In this document: one piece after another, positions 24,900 through 37,720 of the stretch | Layout of the letters: every line of letters starts with the position of its first letter | Numbering within the stretch: position 1 is the first letter of the stretch | Source of the DNA: Chiloscyllium plagiosum | Taxonomy: Eukaryota | Direction of reading: 5' to 3' | DNA: 64,000 nucleotides | Assembly (NCBI RefSeq): GCF_004010195.1 | Contig: NC_057759.1 | Span: 5,304,341 to 5,368,340, forward strand | Position numbers and translations under genes: made by a program | The notes under the pieces: generated by a model | Told to the model about the DNA's origin: nothing | Database searches by the model: none | The model's input: the letters and a program-made list of their open reading frames with translations, nothing else

Positions 24900-26314
24900 T
24901 ATAATGAGAAAGCCTTAAAACTTGTCCTTAAATACTTAGACTAAATGTAATATTGAATTATAGAACACAAGAAAATAAACAGGACAAGCAGGGAGGCATC
25001 AAGCCACAAAAGGGGGAACCTAGGATGTCCAGAAGATTTAAAAAAAAATCTGTTCTCACCAAGTGATAACAGGATGCTCTAAAGCAATTAAGAACATATG
25101 CCTTAACATCAATGAATCTGTGTAAAAAGGACACAGACTGATAACATTGACAGATGTTAACTTGTGAAATTAATGACAGTGTTTGAACGTGATCTTGGAA
25201 ACTCGGTGTCATCTCAGAAGCATGTAATAAACGGTCAGGTCCTATCNNNNNNNNNNNNNNNNNNNNNNNNNNNNNNNNNNNNNNNNNNNNNNNNNNNNNN
25301 NNNNNNNNNNNNNNNNNNNNNNNNNNNNNNNNNNNNNNNNNNNNNNNNNNNNNNNNNNNNNNNNNNNNNNNNNNNNNNNNNNATTTGCATTTTGGGACTT
25401 TATGGTGATTTTGAGTAGCCATCGCTGATTTTGAAATGCAAACTCTGAAATGTAATATTGATGAAGCTTTAACTTACATGGTGTTCTTACACTCCATGAC
25501 TGCCCCACTGTCAATTCTAATTCGTCAGATCTTCTGTCTTCTTTGAATTTGAATTACAACCTTGAAATAAAAGCATGTTTAATTTGAAACTAATGAATTG
25601 TTTAAAATGTAACCTTTCAGCCTCAGGTACAGAATGACTTTGTGTTTAAGATAAAAAGCAGGAGTCTGCTCCGAGCTTAAAAATTATTCTAAACCGATCA
25701 TTGGAGAGATTCTGACACAATCTGTCAGGAAGTTATTTTATGGTCAAAGCTTGCCCTCCTCACTAAGATGCTATTTTGTAAAACAATGCAAGCTGTGCAA
25801 GGTTACGTTATGTTATGACCTCTCCCACATAGTTTGGACTGATACCTCTTTATGACAGTGACTTACCTCACCAACAGGCGCCTGACTCAGCTGGATCTGT
25901 TTTTTCCACCTGATGGATGGCTAAGGGCCTACAGGAGTGATCAGCTAAGTGCACACAGACCTGTTAATTAACTTCTCTTCCTTACAAATTATTGCCTTTC
26001 CACTGTCTGTCTAATTAAGGACATGCAGTTTTTTTGTAAAAAGGAAGCCTATTTGAGACAGAAGAGTGGAGTAGCCTGCAAGGGCTCTTAAAGGAAGAGC
26101 TGATATCCTACTTTTAAAGGTTTTAGGTGTCAATGTTACGTTCTAACAGTGCTATTGGTAGATAAAGGGGAAAGCTAACATTGAACTAAACTGTTTGTAA
26201 GAGGTTTTTATTCCAGACTGCCAAAGAGTACGATCTCAAGGACGAACCAAGAGAGGCTGATAGGTCTGAGTCCACAAGGGATTCCCTGGGCCATCTTAAA
26301 TCTATACTTTAACA
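24900..26314 (-). mobile_element. About 1.4-kb non-coding insertion, putative solo LTR; paralog at 55997-57369
   Basis: Splits a CR1 3' end that is intact in copy B (42830-42850); starts TGTTAAAG; contains AATAAA and a (CA)n tract. Confidence 0.5.
25247..25382. other. Assembly gap; paralog has (CA)n at about 56948-57015
   Basis: N run; flanks match copy C. Confidence 1.
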
Positions 26315-27211
26315 ATATGAATAGGAAGGGTTTCGAGAGAGATGGGCAAAGTGCTGGAAAATGGGACCAGATTAGGTTACGATATCTGATCGGCATGGAC
26401 AAGTTGGACCGAAGGGTCTGTTTGCATGCTCTCTGTCTCTATGACTCGACGACTCTTCAGTCACTCTTGCCCTGTCAGTGAGCACAGTTTCCTTCCATCT
26501 CTGTACTTCACTGATGGTTGTTGAAACGATGCAACAATGTGGCCTATTTGTCTATCTTCATTGTAACTTTGAAAATTCTGTTAATAACTGCAGATTTTAA
26601 TGGTATTCCTGAATGAGGATTCAGTTTACCGTCAACACTGGTGTGTAAACGTCAATGGGCTACATACCCTCTGTTTGTTAGAGGCAGCTGGTCACTCTTT
26701 GCTTTGAACTGAGGAAGTATTACAGTGTCTTAGTCCCTCAGGTGTTTTTCTGGAGGAAGACACAGGGACACTACTTGTAAATCAACATGAGGCTAGTCTG
26801 GCAATATTGAATTGTCGCATTAATTGCATATTAATTAGAATGCGTGTGTTTTTCTTATTTAAAGCCTACAACTTAACCAGAACCACTGATCTGATTCCAT
26901 TGTTACTCTGAGCTGCTCCTTGTCTGGGGATTGTGTTTGTTTTCCATGTGATTCGATACCAGTTGATTTGGAGATGTTGGTGTTGGAGTGGGGTGCAGAA
27001 AGTTACACATCAAGTGCTTCCAAAAAAAAAACTGTTGGACTAAAACCTGGTGTTGTGCGATTTTTAACTTGATATCAGTTGAGTGAGATCCAGAAACTGA
27101 GCAACAACTGCCTAGCACCATGAATGGGAATATTCAACCACCAGGATGCTTACAGAGCTCAATATCCAACTCCCCAACTAACTGTTGGAAAGAGGAAAAA
27201 CAGCGCTATTT

Positions 27212-27372
27212 GATTAGATTACTTACAGTGTGGAAACATGCCCTTCGGCCCAACAAGTCCACACCGACCCTCCGACGAGCAACCCACCCAGACCCATTAC
27301 CCCATCACCTAAAGCGGGAATTGAACCCGGGTCTTTGGCGCTGTGAGGCAGCAGTGCTAACCACTGTACCAT
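27212..27372 (-). mobile_element. Internally deleted HE1 SINE private to copy A
   Basis: tRNA head joined directly to tail; absent at about 55095. Confidence 0.85.
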
Positions 27373-27774
27373 CATTTTTTTTTTACCAGGACCCCCGTGT
27401 ATGTCCTTTTACAAGAGTATCACATTCCTACAGTTGGTCCACACAACATCAGAAAGAGCGGGAAACAGAATGAAATTAAAACTGGGTTCAGAGGATTGCA
27501 AACCACAAGAATGACCCACAGCAGCTTCTTCCCGCTCTGCCTCCCTCAGCAGGCCACACACAGCCCGAGAAAGGCCTCTCTCTTCCCCCCAGCCCGCTCA
27601 CTCCAAGTTCCGGGACCAGTTCCTGCTCCGCTCGGCCTCTTACAAACAGCCCCCGGTTCTCCCTGAACTCACCCCGAATCACTCCCGGTCTCGGAGCCCC
27701 CTCTGTGTCCCAGGCTCCCCAGCTTGATGATCAAAGCCATTTCCCTGCTCTGTCTGTCACTCAGTTTCCTCTCC

Positions 27775-27840
27775 GGACCCGCCCCTCACTCTCTGTCAGC
27801 CCTTTCTCAGTCAGGTCGGGTCGGACTGTATAAAAAGGGA
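27775..27840 (+). promoter_or_regulatory. H4 promoter: GC box, site II-like element, TATA
   Basis: CCCGCCCC at about 27778; TCAGGTCGGG at 27811; TATAAAAA at 27829-27836. Confidence 0.75.
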
Positions 27841-27882
27841 AGGGGCGGCAGCTCGGCTCTCATTCGGCAGCGATTGGAGTGA

Positions 27883-28203
<321 letters not shown>

Positions 28204-28235
28204 GAATAAAGCGACCCTTTTCCAGTGAACCCAAA

Positions 28236-28251
28236 GGCTCTTTTCAGAGCC
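28236..28251 (+). terminator. Histone 3' stem-loop (SLBP site) of H4 copy 1
   Basis: CCAAA-GGCTCTTTTCAGAGCC-ACCCA; purine-rich AATAGAGAGCGG (candidate U7 downstream element) at about 28265. Confidence 0.95.
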
Positions 28252-29617
28252 ACCCAAACCCTCCAATAGAGAGCGGAGACCTGAGGACGGGGAAGGCAGT
28301 ACACAATGATGGGATTATTACTGTAGCCGGTTATTTCGCGTTTATCGCGACTTTTAAAATTATTTCGCTTCCAAAAATGTACTAATACCGTGTTCTGAGG
28401 TACGGCAGAGAGCATCGTAACTTGTAATTGTAAATGTAGCAGCAGCATTTGGCCATTCTGTCCATCCAGCTTGTTCTGCCATTTCTGGCTGATATTTCTC
28501 AAACTTCCGCACCCTTCGATCCTCTTTTTTCGTGAATACCTGTCCATCAATGTGTACTTGGCTGTCCATGCCATGAATAATAATTTGATTTTATTTATTG
28601 TGGAACCCAGACATTAACGTTACATATTACAGTATTTATATTTCCCAAGCATAACACTGGGAGCCTGCGGATGTGTTATGGGGCGCGTTCAGGCAGCGAT
28701 TACAAATTTCAATCGGCGGTTTTTCGATTAATTCACGGCGGGTACAGGTTCGGTTGCTCATCCAGAGAGACCAGGAAGCGATGGGGGACATTAATACTGT
28801 ATTTCGATCGGAGGTTAGTTTAAAAACAAAAACGGAAGGCAGCAGTAGTGAATTTGCAACTAATGAGCTTTTCATTCAGGGATTGCAGAAATATAGTAAT
28901 TGGAAGGGTGATTTTCACATCAAATTTTGGTATTGGGTTAGATATTTCTGGAAAAAACCCATCTCCTCATTGACTCCCTTTGCGATAGCATGGCTTTTGG
29001 TGAGGTGGAGGCAGGAGGGAAAGGGAAAAAATGGCGCCAAGAGATCAACAGCTTATTTTCAAATTTGAAAATGCCAGCCATCACGTATAAAAGAGCAGGA
29101 GGTTATACAGAGGAGAATGCATGTACACATTGATTGGTTTTTCGATGACGAAACTAAACTTCACACAATCTCACTTTACCGCATTCCCTCCTTTTACGGC
29201 TGAAAAATGACTGACTGCTGTTGAACACGCTCTCTCCAGAGGTTAACGAAAATAAGAGTGGGTATGAACCGAGCAGACAATAAATTGCAGAGGTGCATGC
29301 TGCAGAAACAGTGGGAGGATTCAGTTTATTGATGCAGTTAAAGGAAATGTGAAGCCAAACTCGATCGGGAACATCCGTGACATTATTCTAAACTCATAGA
29401 ACATTGATCACGCAGGAAGTGACCGTGTACTGACAAATAATGTAGTTCCAAACACTCTTACAATCGTATTCAATGATATAATCTTCCTCTGCTCCCACAT
29501 ACAGTAAAATGGAAATAAAAATTTAGCGATGGCAGGTACAACAGCCAGGGCTCTACATAGTAAAAGTAAAGTAATTCACCCCGACAGAGTTCAACTCCTT
29601 TCGCAGATGCTGTGAGT

Positions 29618-29633
29618 GGCTCTTAAAAGAGCC
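29618..29633 (-). terminator. Histone 3' stem-loop of H2A copy 1
   Basis: GGCTCTTTTAAGAGCC on minus strand; AAAGGAGTTG downstream element at 29592-29601. Confidence 0.95.
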
Positions 29634-29663
29634 TTTGGCTTGTCAGATTCAAGAATACTTTCT

Positions 29664-30290
<627 letters not shown>

Positions 30291-31008
30291 AAACAAAGTA
30301 TGTTTTACCTCAAAAATGAAGTACAAAAAACTGAGGAAGTTCAAAAAAACATTAATATACATGATAATTTACTTTTAGTTTACAAATGTGTACTTCACAC
30401 GGTCTTACTCTCCCACATTTGCCACATTTCTGGTCTTGATAGTGGTTATTTTCTAAACGTTGAGAAGCTGAAACAAAACAGGCCGAACACTGCAATCGGC
30501 AACGTCTTTTATGAGATATGCTCATAAACCAGCACACAACATTCTTCCGGCTCAGCATCGAGCGCGAACGCGTTTTTAAGACGATATTTTAAAGCTGTCC
30601 TTCATCGCTTTCGATCAGATTCAGCAAAAGCTCCACGTTTCAGCCCGGTAGCTGTGTTGGTGTTCCTTCGGTTCGCTTTGAAAGTCTCTCAGGAAGTTTT
30701 ATTTTGCATTGCGAAAAATCGGATCAAACCCGCGTATTGGAAATGTAAAGTAAATCAGAAAGTAAAATGCATTAATCGTGGGACGGAAAGACGTGGGCAT
30801 TTGTCTGCCAGGGGTGAACAAGCAAGATGCAAAATGACTCACTGGCGCCTGATCTGCTCTCCACCACACTCCCGAATAATTTGCAAAGTACTTATTAACA
30901 CAAAAAAATGTAGCACAAGAAGTTAAAATGCCTTATCAAGAATCATATGTAAACTAAAACAAACAGCCCTTAAAGAAATGGTTCAGCTGTCTCAGGGAAA
31001 TTGTGGGT

Positions 31009-31024
31009 GGCTCTTAGAAGAGCC
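31009..31024 (-). terminator. Histone 3' stem-loop of H2B
   Basis: CCAAA-GGCTCTTCTAAGAGCC-ACCCA; GAGACAGCTG downstream element at about 30984-30993. Confidence 0.93.
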
Positions 31025-31065
31025 TTTGGGTTGTGGATGTGTATGTTTCAGTGCAATGCGGTCCT

Positions 31066-31446
31066 TCACTTGGAGCTGGTGTACTTGGTCACCGCCTTTG
31101 TACCCTCCGACACGGCGTGCTTGGCCAGCTCCCCGGGCAGCAGCAGCCGCACGGCGGTCTGGATCTCCCGGGAGCTGATGGTGCTGCGCTTGTTGTAATG
31201 GGCCAGGCGGGAAGCCTCCCCCGCGATGCGCTCGAAAATATCGCTGACGAACGAGTTCATGATGCTCATGGCCTTGGAGGAGATGCCGGTGTCGGGGTGA
31301 ACCTGCTTCATCACTTTGTAGATGTATATGGCGTAACTTTCTTTCCTGGACCGCCTTCTCTTCTTACCGCCCTTCGCTGGCGCCTTCTTGATGATTTTCT
31401 TCGCGCCCTTCTTGGAGGCTTGCTGTGCTTTCTTCTCATCAGCCAT
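31066..31446 (-). CDS. H2B: Histone H2B, replication-dependent
   Basis: 126 aa, [17 protein letters not shown]...[27 protein letters not shown]...[10 protein letters not shown]; ATG at 31446. Confidence 0.98.
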   Translation of the reverse strand: MADEKKAQQASKKGAKKIIKKAPAKGGKKRRRSRKESYAIYIYKVMKQVHPDTGISSKAMSIMNSFVSDIFERIAGEASRLAHYNKRSTISSREIQTAVRLLLPGELAKHAVSEGTKAVTKYTSSK

Positions 31447-31494
31447 AGCGCCACTCACTCTCAGACACAGAATAAGGGAAAGCGGGCTCGGACC

Positions 31495-31612
31495 TCGCTC
31501 TTCATAGACTGACGACGTCATCAATGCTAATGAGGGATGGGGAAAGCCTGGTTTCTGATTGGGTAGTTTACACAGAATCATTCCCCAACATTGAGTCTCT
31601 CTGATTGGTTAG
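31495..31612 (-). promoter_or_regulatory. H2B promoter: variant TATA, CRE-like, octamer variant, two CCAAT
   Basis: TATGAA at 31501-31506; GACGTCA at 31514; ATGCTAAT at 31524-31531 (one mismatch to the Oct-1 octamer typical of H2B); ATTGG at 31558 and 31604. Confidence 0.7.
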
Positions 31613-32324
31613 TGTGGGATCCAATGTGGATCTGTCAGAATCTGCAACGAAATGTGAAGTGGTTGGTGATTCTGTTCCTGTCAGTCTGACTGAGGGAGAT
31701 TTGTTTTGTGTCTGTGACACAGAAAGTGACTGTAGTATTGGCTCGGTTTCCTTTTGCTCGTTGTTGTGATGATGTGTTTCTAGCTCCGAATGTCTGTTCT
31801 GTTCCTCTGTATAGGCTGGAATTAACACAGAACTTGTCACTGTGTGAAAAAAGCTCTCATCCATTCGAAATTGTGATTACATTTGTTGTCAAGTTACACA
31901 AACCACTGAAACCTGACTATGAGTGTTTTCTACACTTGGGGTTGATGCAATATATTTCTGATACCTTGACGGATAACTGTGGGCCCAGAGACCTATCGAT
32001 AACTGTGTGGTTTGCAAGTACCTGCAGTGTAACTGAACCACTTTGCTGCACTTTTCATTTGGACGTCTTGCAGTTTCATGTCGGGATTTATAACATTTCT
32101 CAGTCATATGCGAATAACTGTTAACCAGCAACTGTTAGCATGTTATATATATATGTGTCACTTTAACTTTGTATCTGTCCAGTCGAGGCTCTGGTCCTCT
32201 GTGTAATAGTCAATTAGTGTTACTTCAAGACAGCTTTTATTCTGTAACCATCAAATACTGATGTATGCGGTAAAACGTTACACTATTTGCCAGCCACTTA
32301 GAAATATTCCTCCAATCTGTGCCC

Positions 32325-32461
32325 CCAGGAGAAATTGAGGATTGCAGATGCTGGGCTTATGCCTAAAACGTCAAGATGAAGGGCTTATGCTTGAAACATC
32401 GATTCTCCTGCTCCTCGGATGCTGCCTGACATGCTGTGCTTTTCCAGCACCACACTCTCGA
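32325..32461 (+). mobile_element. Penelope-derived element with short inverted 5' piece
   Basis: 15-bp TSD CTCCAATCTGTGCCC at 32310-32324 and 32462-32476; partially duplicated hammerhead helix II. Confidence 0.82.
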
Positions 32462-32576
32462 CTCCAATCTGTGCCCTTCTGTTTCTGGGGTGTATTTTTG
32501 TAAACACTATTTCACAGTCTTAACATGTCAGTACATTACTGGACTGTAACTCAAACCTTCTGAAGTGTACCTTGTT

Positions 32577-32798
32577 GCTTTACTCTGTCGGTGTCAATTC
32601 TGAAAGTACCAGGTACCACTTTGGACAGACTCAGGTAGGGCTCACTATCCTCCACTCCCATACCCTATGAATATCAGCTTCTGCAAATTGAGCTTTACTC
32701 TGTCGGTGTCAATTCTGAAAGTACCAGGTACCACTTTGGACAGACTCAGGTAGGGCTCACTATCCTCCACCCTATGAATATCAGCTTCTGCAAATTGA
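32577..32798 (+). repeat. Recent tandem duplication, 115 bp + 107 bp
   Basis: Units identical apart from an 8-bp indel. Confidence 0.95.
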
Positions 32799-33664
32799 AG
32801 CTGAATTTGTATTTATAACTGCAGCATTTTGATAAAGGATAATACTTTGTACATTGCAGATATTGTCAGTAACAATGTCACTGCTGATATTACATTGTTT
32901 ATGCCAGTTTCGAGCTAATCAATAGTTGCATTATATCTTAACCATTTTTTTTGCTTTGCAAGTGACTCAGTATTTCATTCTGTAACTGCCAGTTTGTTGT
33001 TTCTAATCTTGTATTTACTCAGTTTCAGTCAATCACTGGCATGACAGAGAGCAAATATCTCAACATCTCAAAGTTTCTGATGAAATGGATGGTTCATTTT
33101 TTTTAACTCCATCCCTGATACGTCAGGGTAACCTATAACTGAATCAACCAGTATATGATCTGTGAGCACACAGTAAGTTACAGATAAAGTGCATGGTGAA
33201 TGATGCCTCCCAATCCTGACATGCAGATACAGTGTATATGCTGTAGTTATTGATTTCTTTCAATCTTGTGTCACTTTAAATATCTCAAAGCAGAAGACCA
33301 TAAGAAGCATGAGAATTCTGTGACATTTCTATCTGTCTGCATGTACTCTGTCATGAGAACAGATCACAAAGGCTTTAGTTATGGTCTTCATCTCATTTTG
33401 ATGTTTAGTGCCCATAACCAAAAACTCCCTTATGTATCAAAAAAAGATATATGGGTGCATTAGCATGAATTAAGCTGATAACCCAACCCTAACTTCTCTC
33501 TGTGGAACAGAAGGCTTCCTGTTCAAAACTGTGTCTTCTTTGGATTCTTTCATGAGCAGTGCCATCCTCCCAGCATCAACTCTGTCAACTCCCGTCAGAT
33601 TTCTTTTTGCTCTAAAGGTCATACAAAACTCCAATGAGAATATACCCAACCATTTCATACTTAC

Positions 33665-34725
33665 GATGAGAGCCTATGTATCAATCTGCAGCTCTAAGCT
33701 TCTGCTATGTGAATATGTGAGTACAAGTATCACCCTCTCCCAATAAGATTCTGCTATGTGCATACTTGAATGAAGTTACCACCCTATACCTGTTGGTTTC
33801 TACTGTGTGTATATGACAGTTTCTGGTCTGTAAATGTGATAGTTTAAGTAATCGTCCATGTCAGTTTTGGTATTGTTAAAATGTGAACATAGTTATCAAT
33901 GTCTACCTGCTATCTTCAGCTAAGTGAACATGTGGGGGTACATATTGAAACGTAGCTGTTGCTTTCAGTGACAGGAATGCATGAGTGTAGTTATCAATCT
34001 TTCCCTGTCAGTTTCTTCGATGTAAATGTATTGGTGTAGTTGTCCATCTGTACTGATGAAGGGCTTTTAACCAAAACGTCGATTCTCCTGCTCCTCGAAT
34101 GCTTCCTGACCTGCTGTGCTTTTCCAGCACCACACTCCCGACTCTAATCTCAAGCATCTGCAGTCCTCACCTTTGCCTATGCATTTGGACCTGTCAGTTT
34201 CTGATCTGTGAATATGGAAGTGTAGTTATTGATCTGTCCATCAGTTTCTGTAATTTGAATATGACTGTCCAGTTATCTATCTCTCCCGGTCAGTTTCTGT
34301 GATGTGAAGATGACGGTCCAATTATCTATTTGCCCCTGTCAGATTCTGCTCTGTGAATATGAGAGTGTCATTACCAGTCTCTACCTGTCAGTTTGCGCAA
34401 TGTCAATGTGATTTTAGTTATCAATCTGCCCCATTAGGGTCTAGTTGAATGTAAAACTGTAGTAATCAATATTTACCTGTGAGATTTTGCTCTGGGAATG
34501 TGGGTGTGTTATTGAAATGTACTTGTCAGTTTCTGCAATGTGAATGTTTGAGTGCAGATTTCAGTCTGTACCTGACAGTTTCTGCAATGCGAATGTGTTT
34601 GTGCAATCATCAGTCTATCCCTGACAGCTTCAACTATATGAATGGATGACTGCATCTGTACCTGAAAGTATCTGTACCTGTCAGTTTGTGCTCTGTGAAT
34701 AAGTGAGTGTACTTATATATTTGTC
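33665..34725 (+). repeat. Decayed 45-50 bp minisatellite
   Basis: Same unit as 9650-10265. Confidence 0.78.
34053..34178 (+). mobile_element. Penelope-derived element, decayed hammerhead
   Basis: CTGATGAAGGGCTTTTAACCAAAACGTCGATTCTCC...GCAGTCCTCAC. Confidence 0.8.
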
Positions 34726-34824
34726 TCTGTTTAACATGACACTTGCAGAAACTGCAGGAGCTCTATTTACTTCAAATCTCTGTTGCTCAACATGAATAAG
34801 GTTTCATCTATTGCCATCCATGTC

Positions 34825-35155
34825 AGGGTGGCATGGTGGCACAGTGGTGCCAAGGACACAGATTCAATTCCAGCCTTGGTTCATTATCTGTGTGCAGTTT
34901 GCATGTTCTGCCCGTGTCTGCATGGGTTTCCTCTGAGTGCTCTAGTTCCTTTCTATGGTCCAAACATGTGCAGGTTTGCTGGATTAGCCGTGGTACATTG
35001 TCTTGTAGTATTAAAGGATTGCGTCAATTATGGTAAACGTGGAGTTATGGGGATAGGGTGGGGTCTACATCTGGGTGGGATCCGCTTTGGAGAGTTGTTG
35101 CAGGGAGATGGGCCAAATGACCTCTCTCTGCACTGGAGAAATTCTATGTACTGTA
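34825..35155 (+). mobile_element. Old HE1-like V-SINE
   Basis: Diverged head and V-domain. Confidence 0.75.
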
Positions 35156-35360
35156 AATGAAAGTGAGACTTTTTCTATCATTGTCTGTCTCAACGGTGTA
35201 AAGCACATTGGATAATTTCCACAACTTTTATTCAATGGTATAGTTTATGACTGTAAGTTATGTTCTGCATCTGTATTTTGAATTTATTGTTCACATGATT
35301 ATAACTAGACCACTTTACGAGAGCTTTCTCATTCTGTGTCCAATAACCTCTGGGTACGGT

Positions 35361-35692
35361 GGGCGGCATGGTGGCACAGTGGGCGGCATGGTGGCACAGT
35401 GGTTAGCACTGCTGCCTCACAGCGCCAGAGACCCGGGTTCAATTCCCGCCTCAGGCGACTGACTGTGTGGAGTTTGCACGTTCTCCCCGTGTCTGCGTGG
35501 GTTTCCTCCGGGTGCTCCGGTTTCCTCCCACAGTCCAAAGATGTGCAGGGTCAGGTGAATTGGCCATACTAAATTGCCCATAGTGTTAGGTAAGGGGTAA
35601 ATGTAGGGGTATGGGTGGGTTTCGCTTCGGCGGGGTCGGTGTGGACTTGTTGGGCCGAAGGGCCTGTTTCCACACTGTAATTAAATCTAAAT
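35361..35692 (+). mobile_element. Young full-length HE1 V-SINE with a duplicated 20-bp head
   Basis: A box TGGCACAGTGG, B box GGGTTCAATTCCC, V-domain and TCTAAA tail; GGGCGGCATGGTGGCACAGT twice. Confidence 0.94.
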
Positions 35693-35741
35693 ACCTGTCT
35701 GAATGTGTATCTTTTCATGTCAATATTTGATTTTCCTCTGG

Positions 35742-37720
35742 ACAGGTATTGGAAAGCGTAGGGGGTGATGGCTGTTCATGCTATGTTCCCCTGAGAATCC
35801 AATTTTCTGGCTCTAATGCAACGAAGGGTACATCGGCTTCCAAGAGATCAATTGTGTGAGGGGATTCTGTAGTCCGAGGTACAGACAGACGTTTCTGTGG
35901 CCAGCAGCGATAAAGCAGAATGGTGTGTTAGTTCCCTGGTGCCAGGATCAAGAATGTCTTAGAGAGTGTGCAGAATGTTCTCACGAGGGAAAAGGGGACA
36001 GTAAGAGGTCATTGTCCACAATGGAACCAATGATATAGGAAGGGAAAATGTTGAGATTCTGAAGGGAGATTACAGAGAGTTAGGCAGAAATTTAAAAAGG
36101 AGTTTACTCCCTGTGCTACAAGCTAATGAGGGCAGGAAGAGGAGGATAGATAAGATGAATGCATGGCTGAGGAGCTGGTGTATGGCGAATGATTCACATT
36201 TTTGGATCACTGGAATGTCTTTTGGGGTAGAAGCGACCTGTACAAGAAGGACGGATTGCACCTAAATTGGAAGGGGACTAATATACTGGCAGGGAAATTT
36301 CCTCGAGCCACTCGGGAGGATTTAAACTAGTAAGGTGGAGGGGTGAGGCGGGGGGGGTGGAATGGGGGTGGGAACCACGGAAGTAATGAGGAAAGAGATC
36401 AGTCTGAGACTGGTACAGTTGAGAACAAAAGCGAGTCAAACAGTCAGGGCAAGCAGGGACAAGGTTGGACTAATGAATTAAAGTGTATTTACTTCAAAGC
36501 AAGGGGCCTAACAGGGAAGGCAGATGAACACAGGGCATGGTTAGGAACATGGGACTGGGATATCATAGCAATTACAGAAACATGGCTCAGGGATGGGCAG
36601 GACCAGCAGCTTAATGTTCCACGATACAAATGCTACAGGGAGGTAGAAAGGGAGGCAAGAGAGGAGGGGGAGTGGCATTTATGATAAGGGATAGCATTAC
36701 AGCTGTGCTGAGGGAGGATATTCCTGGAAATACATCCAGAGAACTTATTTGGGTGGAACTGAGAAATAAGAGAGGGATAATCACCTTATTGGGATTGTAT
36801 TATAGACCCCCTCACAGGCAGAGAGAAATGGAGAAAGAAACTTGTATGGAGATCTCAGCTATCTGTTAGAATAATAGGGTGGTTATGATAGGAGATTTTA
36901 ATTTTCCAAACATAGACTGGTCTGCCATAGTATTAAGGCTTTAGATGGATAGCAATTTGTTAAGTGCGTACAAGAAAATCTTCTGATTCAGTATGTGGAT
37001 GTACCTACTAGAGAAGGTGAAAAACTTGACCTACTCTTTGGAAATAAGGCAGGGCAGGTGACTGAGGTGAGTGGGGAGCACTTTGCGGCCAGCGACCATA
37101 ATTCTGTTAGATTTAAAATAATGATGGAAAAGGATCGACCAGATCTAAAAGTTGAAGTTCTAAATTGGAGAAAGGCCAATTTTGACAGTATTAGACAAGA
37201 ACTTTCGAAAGCTGATTGGAGGCAGGTAAAGGGATGGCTGGAAAATGGGAAGCCTTCAGAAATGAGACAACAAGAATCCAGAGAAAGTATATCCCTGTCA
37301 GGGTGAAAGGAAAGGCTGGAAGGTACAGTGAATGCTGGATGACTAAAGAAATTGAGGGTTTGGTTAAGAAAAAGAAGGAAGCATATGTCAGGAAGCAGAG
37401 GACAGATTAAGTGAATCCTGAGAAGAGTATAAAGGAAGTAAGAGTATACTTAAGAGGAAAAGGTTTAAAAGAGACATAAGGGACAACTTTTTCACACAGA
37501 GGGTGGTACAGGTATGGAATGAGCTGCCACAGGAAATGGAGGCTGGTACAATTGCAACATTTAAGAGGCGTTTGGAAGGGTATATGAATAGGAAGGGTTT
37601 GGAGGGATATGAGCCGGGTGCTGGCAGATGGGACTAGATTGGGTTGGGATATCTGGTCGGCATGGACAGGTTGGAGCAAAGGGTCTGTTTCCATGCTGTA
37701 CACCTCTATGATTCTATGAG
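35742..37720 (+). mobile_element. CR1 LINE (ORF1 SGNH esterase and APE) with RT deleted
   Basis: DS.VRGTDRRFCG, GTND, DGLHL; IAITETWL, GDFNF, SDHNSV; jumps to the 3' end at about 37455. Confidence 0.92.

Noticed and set aside
28205-28210. AATAAA just after the H4 stop
   Set aside because: Not conserved in copy 2 (CATAAA) and the stem-loop is intact; likely incidental.
33665-34725. Regularly spaced repeats resembling a CRISPR array
   Set aside because: Degenerate tandem minisatellite without unique spacers, in vertebrate DNA, with no cas genes.
35381-35455. tRNA-like A and B boxes
   Set aside because: Head of an HE1 SINE, not a tRNA gene.
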